Shown here: one piece after another, positions 53,910-64,000 of the stretch | Position numbering within the stretch: position 1 is the stretch's first letter | Layout: each line of letters begins with the position of its first letter | From: Squalus acanthias | Taxonomy: Eukaryota | Length of the DNA: 64,000 nt | Assembly: GCA_030390025.1 (NCBI GenBank) | Contig: CM059432.1 | Location: forward strand, 60,266,001 to 60,330,000 | Reading direction: 5' to 3' | Program-made: the position numbers and the translations under genes | The notes under the pieces: model-generated | What the model was told of the DNA's origin: nothing | Database searches by the model: none | Seen by the model: only the letters and a program-made list of their open reading frames with translations

Positions 53910-54935
53910 ATCAGAATTTTTCTTCAATTTCAGAGCTGCATAAGCTATAAGAAGACAGTGATCCAAGTTGCCATACAAAGCACTTCTCAAGACTCGGACA
54001 TTATCAACTACACGTCAACGAGTGGTTGTAATAACATGGTCTACTTCCTTTTTGGTAGTTCCATCTTTGCTGTACCATGTGTATCTGTGAATGTATTTTC
54101 TGGGAAAGAAAGTGCCCCCTATCTTGAGGTCATGGGCAGCACAGATGTCAACAAGTTGCTCACCATTGTCATTTTGTTGCCCAATACCATATGCTCCAAT
54201 GGTCTTAGTCAAGTTTCATCTGTCAGCTCCTACTTCAGCATTAAAGTCTCCCAATAGGAAAAGCAGATCCCGCTGGGGTACTAAGGTGATGGCTGCCTGG
54301 AGACATCTATAGAACTTGTTTTTATCATTGGAGTCGGACACATTTGTCAGAGGATATGTTACTATTACTGATAAATACCCATGTTTATGAATAAAATGAG
54401 CTGAAAGAAGGCATTCATTTTTTGGGTTCCAACTGACAAGCATTTTGGTTCTCTGGTACACCTTGGTCACACCTCCTTGCGCTGCACAGCGAGAAACGAC
54501 CAGTGAAAAAGCACAGAGCTATGTTACCAGGTTCGACCCAGGTGGACAGGTCTGTGCTGAGCTGGTAATGGCTGATGTGACTCTTGTTTACTGATTCATT
54601 ACAATATTAGGAGAAGGCCAAATGGCTAATTCTGTAATTGTTCTCATCAGTACAATGGGTTACGGGATCCCCAAAGCTATCTGCCACATAGGGCCAACCA
54701 TCCAATTAACTGGTACAAGTGGTTGCTGAACCTATCAGTAGAAATCAATCCGGATGGATTGCTACAGATGCACGACCCTCTTGACTTTACCTACGACGCA
54801 AGAGTTGAATGCAGATAGGCACATGGAACAGTCAGATGCTCTGCCATACAGGGTCGGTGACCTTTCTGTTGCGAGAATTCACATGTCTAGCAGGCCTTAC
54901 CGAGGTTAGGTGGACTGGGCAGGGCTCTTCGGTGA
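53910..54935. mobile_element. RTE-clade LINE endonuclease fragment with inverted 5' part
   Basis: Minus strand: LLGDFNAEVG, NDNGEQL, HRYTWYSKDG, EVDHV. Plus strand 54809-54930: IGTWN...GLTEVRWTGQG. Confidence 0.75.
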
Positions 54936-55477
54936 CTGCTGCAAGGGGAATTAGATCAAATCTCATCCCTGAATTGTTCACTTCTGTTTAACACAGTCTA
55001 ACTTTGACACCATAGACTTACCTCCTTCTCCCTAGCTTCAAATAAAGGAACCAACTTCCAATTCAGTACCCATCCAGAAGCATGAGAACACATCAGTCCT
55101 CTTTGCCCCTACAGGACCATGTCAATAATCATCACCTGATTGAATAAGTCAACATCAAATAAGTACACGCTTTCCTGTATGATTCTAACTCCATGAATAA
55201 CAAAGCACAACATAAGTGCACATTCTAAGTCCAAAGTGAATACGAACCAACTTAATCTTTCCTAACACCATTATTCCCCAGGGTGGCTACATGTGCCTTT
55301 CTTTCACCTAGTCTAGTGCTTCTTCTGGTAGACTGCTCAATTTCAACAAAATGGTCTTTTGGATTGAGCGGCCCTCCTCTCATGGCAGGTTGTTGCTGCT
55401 GGTTGCATATCTGGAGCTTGTTCCTAGACCACTGGTATGGTGCTCCAAGGACTGATGTTGCTTCAAATGAGAGCTAT

Positions 55478-55975
55478 GGGCTGGATTTTGTCTTGGGGTC
55501 GGGTTGGGGTCGTGTAATCCACATTTCGGGCTGGATTTTGAATGACCCATGGAGTCGGGTTTGGAGGCGTGTGGGGGGTTAAATTTGCGGGGTCGGGGTT
55601 TCCGACCCCATCCCAACTCCATCCCGCCTCCACGCAATTTTGACAAAATCGGTCGCGGGGTTCCCGACTCCGTCCCGCCTCCAAGAGGTGGGAGAGGCCA
55701 TTAAAGCCCTTAACAAGCTCTAAATTGGCTCTGTAATGCCATTTTGAAACGTTTTAGCTAGTTTAACCCTTTTCTGACGTGAGGACGCCTGGTGTGAAAC
55801 ACTCCAGTGAAACCTGGCGGGAGCACAAGTGGATAGCTGACTATCAGCTGCAGGTCCACTATTACAACAGAGATGTGATGAAGGTAGTAGTATTAGGTCT
55901 GAAAGTCGCCGCTGCTGCATTGAATGTGTTAAGAGACTGCCTGGCCTTTGCTGTGAGAGGACTTAGATGCAAAAA

Positions 55976-56010
<35 letters not shown>

Positions 56011-56938
56011 CTCCCCATATATTTTGCATCCAGGTCCACTCACATCAAAAGCAAGCCAGGCAGGTCCTCTCTCACCAACAGTCTCTGAGACTCGGCAGTC
56101 AGCAATGATGACATCATCAGAGGCGACTTTCAGACTGAAACCACTAATTGGTTCATGGGTTCCCACATGCTGGAACTCAATTGCCCAATTAAGTGAAAAT
56201 TGCATCATTCATCCACATTAATCTGGAGTCGGGGGGGAAACACAAAATGCGGATTACACAACCCCAACCCGACCCCAAGACAAAATCCAGCCCTTCGTGT
56301 TTCCCCCCCGACTCCAGATTAATGTGGATGCCTGATGCAATTTTCACTTAATTGGGCAATTGAGTTGCAGCATGTGGGAACCCATGAACTAATTAGTGGT
56401 TTCAGTCTGAAAGTCGCCTCGCCTCTGATGATGTCATCATTGCTGGCTGAGAGAGAGAGAGAGAGAGAGAGAATGAATTTTTTTTGCATCCAAGTCCTCT
56501 CACAGCAAAGGCCAGGCAGTCTCTGAACACATTCAATGCAGCAGCATCAGAGGCGACTTTCAGACCTAATACTACTACTACCTTCATCACATCTCCGTTG
56601 TAATAGTGCACCTGCAGCTCATAGTCAGCTATCCACTTGTGCTCCCGCCAGGTTTCACTGGAGTGTTTCACACCAGGCGTACTTCACGTCAGAAAAGGGT
56701 TAAACTAGCTAAAACGTTTCAAAATGGCATTACAGACCCAATTTAGGGCTTGTTAAGGGCTTTAATGGCCTCTCCCGCCTCTTGGAGGCGGGACGGAGTC
56801 GGGAACCCCGCGACTGATTTTGTCAAAATTGCGTGGAGGCGGGATGGAGTCGGGATGGGGTCGGAAACACCGACCCCGCAAATTTAACCCCCCACACGCC
56901 TCCAAACCCGACTCCATGGGTCATTCAAAATCCAGCCC
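55478..56938. mobile_element. Harbinger MITE (outer copy) containing an inverted sister copy
   Basis: GGGCTGGATTTTG TIRs at 55478 and 56938. 55478-55527 plus 56297-56938 rebuild the reverse complement of the inner copy. Confidence 0.9.
55528..56293. mobile_element. Harbinger MITE (inner copy), related to 30104-35038
   Basis: TIRs GGGCTGGATTTTG / CAAAATCCAGCCC, TTC TSD. Left part resembles 30104-30450 and right part 34845-35038. Confidence 0.9.
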
Positions 56939-58517
56939 ATAGATTCAAGAGTCACAGCTGTCAGTTGCTGCACATCATCGGAGACTGACCTCAGATGCAC
57001 ATACATACAATGTTCCTCAAACATCTTTCTTTGCAGACAAGTGCCCATGAGTGGCAATTTTCTCCTCCGCCTCCTCTGGGAAGATGTCATATCTTCAACA
57101 ATGTCTCACTCCTCTAGCTCTCTCATACTCTGTGAATTACTAATACTATCCAATTCCCCTCGGTGCAAGTATCTGAGCTGGTTCATGTATGTGAGAAAGC
57201 AAATGGTACAGAGGTGACATTGAAGGAGTTGGGGGCAGTACATGGGGCAGTATCATGCTCCAGGAACTCCTGTGTGACCTGGTCCTCATCATCCTATTCC
57301 TCACCATCATTGTCATGGTCAATGTAGCAGAAAGACAGATAGCACCCTGCATACGGGCAGAATGACCCAGAAAATTCTCGTGTAAATACCTTTCCAGATC
57401 ATCGGTGGTCACAATTAATTTTCCATTGGCGTAAAAGTGTAGCGACTCATCAGATAGAATTTTTAGGCCAATAGATAAGTGCTAGATGCAAGGCTTTTAA
57501 ATATATAGATAAATAGATGTAACTGCTATGGTGTCAGAAGTCAGTCTGCTTTGTAGCAATGAGTAAATTCTTCATTCCACCCCAACTTAGTATTGATATA
57601 TTACAAATAATAACTTACAAGACTTTGCCTCTTAAATCTCCTTCCCAAATAAAAGATGAATTAAAAAAACGCACACGATTTTGCTGGCCTATTTTGGCTG
57701 CATGCAATAATACTTATTTCTAAACTTTGGTACATAATGCTGTATATTTTATTTCATCAAAATTAATAGCTGTAGTAGTTAATACATCTGCAGTCACTGA
57801 CCAATAGTTATTCTCTATACCTGTCAGTACTTTTCGATGTTGCATAACAAGGACATCCTAAAAAAAATCACAGTTTACAACATTTGTGGACTTTATATTT
57901 AATACCATAATTATTCTAGGTTGCCAAATAACCATTCTGTCACTTTTAAAATTGTGAAATGTACGAGAATACATTATGATATATGACTTTTACCACGCCT
58001 TCCAGGACTCAAAGTAACTAATGATAGCAACGTTGCCACGGTTTTTGTTGTTCTTGCCACATTGGAGGGCTATCAACATCTTTCACTGACATCAAAGCAT
58101 TGTTTTAAAATCATATCTATTATGAACATTGGGCTACTTAGTTCAGTACATTAATACAGCAGTACTGCCTATAAATATACTGTCACAATATTTCCTGTCT
58201 CAAGAACCAAATGACAAATTGAATCCACCTTGACAGCCCATCCTCCAGATACATCTACTGCTGTATACGATATGATCACTTCAAAGCATTTTTGGCAATT
58301 GAAACTGTTCAGATTTTTTTTAGTACAATACTTTGAAAATAAAAGTTCTGTGAAATCACCTGTGAACTCCAACACTTACAGTTAGGAGAGTCATGCAGCT
58401 ATATTCAAAATTGATGATTTTTATAAAATGAAAATGATTCTTTACTATAAATTCAATGGGATGCTTCCCCCCATGACTTGTCAAATAATCTTGACTAAAA
58501 TTCTCCAGGAAACTTAC

Positions 58518-58679
58518 TTCATAGTGGTTCTGGTATATGGCTTCAAATCCTTTAAATTTGGCTTCAATATCTTCAACAATTTTCTCAGCTTGTGTAACCT
58601 TCTTTAAAACACTTTCTTTCTTGTTATTGGCATTTTCTGTAAAGCGAGCCAGTTCTTCAGCCTCTAATTTAGCTTTGGC
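58518..58679 (-). CDS. ccdc178: Coiled-coil host gene exon (CCDC178-like), 162 nt, phase 0->0
   Basis: cag|GCC AAA GCT...TAT GAA|gtaagt encodes AKAKLEAEELARFTENANNKKESVLKKV...YQNHYE. Confidence 0.8.
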
Positions 58680-59317
58680 CTGTATTTGGAAAACAGCACC
58701 ATAGTAGTTATATTTACTCACACCTCTGAAATATGGAAAGTATTAAAGACTACTTTCAACATTTATGCTTTAATAGGGCATTGTAAATGATTTCAGAGGC
58801 GCATCAATGCAAAACTAGTAGCATAACTCAGCAGTTATGTCAACAATCTTAATGCAGATTGCATTATGACAAAAAGTGTGAACCAGCTCCAGGAAGTAGT
58901 TTCACAAAGCTCATGTTTCATACTGGCTGCAGCATAACTACAGTCCCGGCCAAAGCCAAGTTTAAAAAAATTCAAGCAGTTCAATATTTTTAATGTTTTA
59001 AGGTATTAGCAAGAAGATTAGTAGGATACTTAGAAGCCACAGAACTCCACTATCCTTAGGCAGAAAGTGATGCAGCGCCTGTAAATAAAAGTTTGCATCT
59101 AGCAGTCCTACATTGCACTCGACAGGTGGCATTCTGAGACTAGTAACTGGCACTGAAGATGAATAACTCATTTGTGAGTTATCTGGTCATTCATTTATCT
59201 TTGTACTCATTGTATCTCAGTGCAGGTAAAGACATATTTATTTCTGCAGGCATTCAAAACATCCATTTTCAGTGCAAGCAACAACAATGTCTTCCTACAG
59301 TATCACAAGCCCTTTAC

Positions 59318-59380
59318 CTGTAGCTTTGTTCGGAGTATCATTGCTTCTTTGATTTTTTTCTTTAATTTTCCTATCTGATC
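59318..59380 (-). CDS. ccdc178: Coiled-coil host gene exon (CCDC178-like), 63 nt, phase 0->0
   Basis: ttttttttctcccatag|GAT CAG...CTA CAG|gtaaag encodes DQIGKLKKKIKEAMILRTKLQ. Confidence 0.75.
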
Positions 59381-61414
59381 CTATGGGAGAAAAAAACAGA
59401 TTTAAATATGGATTCTAAACAGTCTTACCCAACTGCAATGGAATTTCAATGGCAGCAACTCTCATTTCTTGAAATTACTGAAGCCTGTCTACTAAAATTT
59501 AATGCATCAACAGTGTATACACATAGTCTGGTTATGTAGTTGATCATCAAATAAATGGGACTGCCCTGATTGTCACACACACTTTAGCTGATGACAGTGC
59601 TGTTGACAATAAAAATAGCTTCAACAGTTCCTAAATGATATTGTTGCTGCTAGCAGATCCCATGACATGTTAGGTTCCAGGTGATATGAATGCTGAAGTG
59701 AAGCTTTCTCTCAAACCTGGTCAGTGGCCCTGATTGGAGCAGGGCATGGATCAGACAATGACAAAGCCCACTGATTTTTGGAGGACGCTACTGACTACAA
59801 TTGATAAATCTTGGGTTCAATCTTCCAAATCCTAATAGAAGCCAGTTTGAATTATAGATAAACTAAGAACAAACTGGAACACATCATAATCTAGCACAAC
59901 TTCAATGCAGTCACATAGTTCTGTGTAATCTGTTTAGTTAGCTTTGATGCCATTGACCATTGTTTATTGTGATCCCGCTTCCACCTGTTGCCAAACATGG
60001 CTTTCTAACAACCATTGATATCAAATCATATCATTGATGCAGAATAGATAACAAGTGGAATTTAAACAGTTTCAGCGCACTATATAAAAACTTTGGTGAT
60101 CCAAACATTGTCTGTCCACAATATAAGGCAGTTGCGATTGAAGCAGCCAAAGTAACTTGCAAACAACATCAATAAAATGTGGAACAAAGCTATGGATTAC
60201 ACAGACATCACTCCACACCACTGATGGCCAACAACTAGCCTGCGGGGTCAACATGGCTGAACTCATCATATGCAACGCATAGCCTACTGCAGGCTTCTGC
60301 CATGAAACAAGCCTCCATGTACAAAGACATGAAAAAAATTATTCCAAGTGGTGATAAAAGTGCTGAACAACCAAAGTCAACCATTGACTGAAGAAAATGA
60401 CCGACATCTTCTTATCAGTCAGACAGACTGCAGATGCTGCCTAACCTGCTGAGTATTTCCAGCATTTTCTGTTTTTATTTTAGACAGACTGCAGCCACTG
60501 ATGGTCACTGGTGGAGCACCTTGACATTTGCTCAATGCAAAATTCACAGACCTGCTATGAGTTTGTGTGACTGAACTAGCAGTTTCCCAAATGCTCAATC
60601 AAGCACCAAACATCATTTGGACCAAATTTATGTTAGAAATTTGGCGGCTTTGTAATATCACTTCGATATGACCAAACTTGGTAGTAAGCAAATGATGAAT
60701 TGATTACACTGGCCCTAAAAGTCTGCAGCCCTTCTGATGTATTCCCACCCGTACTTCAGTGGGAATTTACCTGGGGGACTGGAAACCAAGCTGGAGCCTG
60801 GATACACCACGTCCCAGTCAATGTTTCCTCTAAATGTTGTTTTTTGTGCGCAGTACCTTTGTGAGCGGCCTGCGCGGTACCTTCCCGATTGCTGCGTGGC
60901 CATGTCTGCATGCAGCTTAGAGGACACATTGGTCTCAGCCTTACATTGGGGATTCTGATGGCTCGTTAGGGGTAGAGGCTTTTCCCACACTCCAAACATA
61001 GCCATTGGCATAATAAGGGTCAGGGACTCCCCACATCACAAGTTTCCATTTTCCCAGGCAAGTCTGGGACCAGGCACCCAAGAATGACCTCTAGTGGTGC
61101 AGGCATCTGCCATTGGCAGACTAGTTAAGGAACCTCCATCTGACCTCGAAAAGTCCACCAGGATCACTGGCAGAGATTCTCAGTGTGCGAATCTTGGCAG
61201 TTATGCTGGTATGTGCCCCATCACAGATTTTCGGGGCGACTACCTTTTCAATAAGTGTTGCACGCACAGCAAATCCACCTGACTGGCAACTGATACTGAT
61301 AGGAATTAAGAGTGGATGAATTTCACCAACACTCAATTGCTAATTTGCATAATGAGTCACTACAGACAGAAGATGAAAGCCGCTAAGTGAACCATGGTCT
61401 CATTTCCAGAGTTA

Positions 61415-61888
61415 GATAAGAACATAAGAACATAAGAATTAGGAGCAGGAGTAGGCCATACGGCCCCTCAAGCTTGCTCCGCCATTCAATAAGATCATGG
61501 CTGATCTTCAACCTCAACTCCACTTTCCTGCTCGATCTCCATATCCCTTGATTCCCCTCGAGACCAAAAATCTATCTAGCTCAGCTTTGAATATACTCAA
61601 CGATTCAGCATCCACAGCCCTTTGGGGTAGAGAATTCTAAAGATTCACAACCCTCTGAGTGAAGAAATTCCTCTCATCTCAGTCTTAAATGGCCGACCCG
61701 TCATCCTGAGACTATGCCCCCTAGTTCTAGACACTCCAGCCAGGGGAAACAACCTCTCAGCATCTACCCTGTCAATCCCCCTCAGAATCTTGTATGTTTC
61801 AATGCGATCACCTCTCATTCTTCTAAACTCCAGAGAGTATAGGCCCAATCTACTCAATCTCTCCTCATAGGACAACCCTCTCATCCCA
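61415..61888 (-). mobile_element. CR1 3' fragment
   Basis: LSYEERLSRLGLYSLEFRRMRGD and a (CATAAGAA)n tail like that at 22703. Confidence 0.9.
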
Positions 61889-61889
61889 A

Positions 61890-63870
61890 CAGTAGACAAA
61901 TGCTGTGATTTCTCCCTAAAACTCAATAGACAAATCACTGAGACATGATGGTTTTCACAGTTCTTCACAGGAAATAACAGAGCACTGATAAAGGAATTGC
62001 AATGGATGTTGTGTATATGAATTTTCAAAAAGGCATTTGATACGGTACCACGTAGAAGGCCTGTTGATAAAATTAAGATACATGGGAGTGAATTTTCATA
62101 GGGATTCTCCCACTTGTCCACGATAACTTTGGTGGCAGAGCTGTGAAAACTCCAAAGAAAGTATTTTGCCAATTTTGGCTCTTTCACCGAAGTTACAGCA
62201 GATGAACAAGAGAATTCCCTCAGAAATTCACCCAATAGTATTAAAGGGGGGGTGGCAGCATGGATAGGAAGTTGGTTTAAGCATCTTGGAACGCTTTACT
62301 ACATTAAAAGCACTATATAAATGCAAGTTGTTGTTGGTTGAATAACAGAAAACAGTGAGTAGTGGTTAATAGATGTTTTGTAGACTGGAGAGATATAAAC
62401 AGGGATCATTGTTGAGACCATTGCTCTTTTCTCTCCAAATTATATAAAATATAGGGGACATGGTTAAACATGAAGATGAACTGAAGCAACTTCAGGGGGG
62501 GGGACAGTTGATTGTGCAGATAGATATCAGATGAAAATTAATGCAGAGAAATGTGACATGATGTCAGCTGTGGCTCAATTGGTAGCACACTCGCCTTCTG
62601 AGTCAGAAGGTTGTGGGTTCAAGTCCCACTCCAGGGATTTGAGCACATAAAGCTAGGCTGACACTCCAGTGCGGTGCTGAGGGAGTGCTGTACTGTTGGA
62701 GGTGCCGTCTTTTGGATGAGACGTTAAACCGAGGCCCCGTCTGCCCTCTCAGGTGGACATAAAAGATCCCATGGCACTATTTCGAAGAAGAGCAGGGGAG
62801 TTATCCCCGGTGTCCTGGCCAATATTTATCCCTCAACCAACGTAACAAAAACAGATTATCTGGTCATTATCACATTGCTGTTTGTGGGACCTTGCTGTGC
62901 GCAACTTGGCTGCCGTATTTCCCACATTACAACAGTGACTCCACTTCAAAAGTACTTCATTGGCTGTAAAGCGCTTTGAGACGTCCGGTGGTTGTGAAAA
63001 GGCGCTATATAAATGCAAGTTTTATTATTTATGATAGATTTTGGCAGAAAGAATAAGGAGAGGACATATACATAGGAACATAGGAACTGGAGTAGGCCAT
63101 TCAGCCCCTCGAGCCTGTTCCACCATTCAATGAGATCATGGCTGATCTGCGATCTAACTCCACATACCCGCCTTTGGCCCATATCCCTTAATACTGTTGG
63201 TTAACAAAAAGCTATCAATCTGCAATTTAAAATTAACAATTGATCTAGCATCAATTGCTGTTTGCGGAAGAGAGTTCTAAACTTCTTCCACCCTTTATGT
63301 GTAGAAGTGTTTCCTAATTTCACTCCTAAATAACAAAACTTTAATACGAGTGAAGACGCACAGAGAGACTTAGGGGTTCAGATACACAAATCTGAATCTC
63401 AAAAGAGTTTTTGGAAGGAGGCCAAGGCCATGGAAAAGATGCAGAGCAATTTAGTAAGATACTATCGATGCGAGGTTTCAGTTATTAGGAGACTGAAGAA
63501 CTGGGACTCTTTTCATTAGAGCAGTGAAGGATAAAAGATCTTATAGAGGTGTTCAAAATGATGAAGAGTTTTCATAAATTAAATTGGGAAAAACTATTTA
63601 TACTGGTCAGTGAATCATTAATTAGAACACATAAATTTAAGATGATCACCAAAAGAATGAAGGGAAAGCTTAGAGATTTTTTTTTACACAGGTGCTAGTT
63701 AAGACATGGAATTAGAATCAATAATAGCTTTTTAAAGGAAAATGTATGAACATTTGAAAAAGAAAAAAAATAAGAGGAAATGTGGAAAGAGATGGGGAAT
63801 AGGATTAAGTGTATCGCTCTTTCACAGAGCTGGCACTGGCATGATGAGCCAAATGACCTCCTTTTGTGTT
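61890..63870 (+). mobile_element. Old fragmented CR1 RT/3' end with nested SINE and a reverse CR1 tail (63070-63330)
   Basis: MDVVYMNFQKAFDTVP near 62000-62050, plus degenerate LFSLE and TRTHKFK motifs. Confidence 0.6.
62563..63020 (+). mobile_element. tRNA-headed Deu-domain SINE (SacSINE1/AmnSINE1-like)
   Basis: A box TGGCTCAATTGG, B box GGTTCAAGTCC, central GGAGGTGCCGTC...GATGAGACGTTAAACCGAGG...TAAAAGATCCCATGGCACT, L2-like tail GGCGCTATATAAATGC. Confidence 0.85.
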
Positions 63871-63882
63871 GTAAAATTTTAT

Positions 63883-64000
63883 GGAGGAAAAATTCGGTAC
63901 CTTAGCGCCTCCTGTTAGCATCAGCCGCTAACAGTTATCTCCAGGAGCCTCAACATCAGACGGATCGTGGCATCAGTGAGTGTGCAACGCTCACTGGCTG
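63883..64000. mobile_element. Start of a Harbinger MITE (runs off the window end)
   Basis: GGAGGAAAAATTCGG...TTAGCGCCTCCTGTTAGC matches the start at 28129. Confidence 0.7.

Noticed and set aside
53075..57481. Pair of exon-like segments (57390-57481 and 53075-53105) that together keep frame
   Set aside because: Weak splice sites, not coiled-coil, and not needed for the CCDC178-like alignment.
57821..57857. 37-nt minus-strand exon-like segment (DVLVMQHRKVLT)
   Set aside because: Would shift the frame; the flanking exons already join at phase 0.
1..64000. CRISPR arrays, operons or prokaryotic defence systems
   Set aside because: No repeat-spacer arrays; spliceosomal introns and vertebrate transposons explain the sequence.

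Overview
Vertebrate genomic DNA, most likely a shark or other cartilaginous fish (inferred from the repeat families), not prokaryotic. The window is largely intronic. Five short minus-strand coding exons (59380->22272) splice in frame into a coiled-coil protein resembling CCDC178. The introns are packed with nested transposons: two near-complete PIF/Harbinger elements (transposase plus spliced Myb/SANT-like gene), transposase-deleted Harbingers and MITEs, three large CR1 LINEs, two hAT elements with 8-bp TSDs, Penelope fragments (one with an intact minimal hammerhead motif), an RTE endonuclease fragment, Deu-domain tRNA SINEs and a 1.7-kb solo LTR. The most unusual observations are a Harbinger MITE inserted in reverse into its own sister copy (about 1.46-kb hairpin), a hAT element carrying tRNA-gene remnants, Harbingers that lost the transposase core but keep an AT-hook Myb-like gene, and an in-frame Myb/GIY-YIG fusion ORF. 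All family and gene assignments come from recalled motifs; no database search was run.
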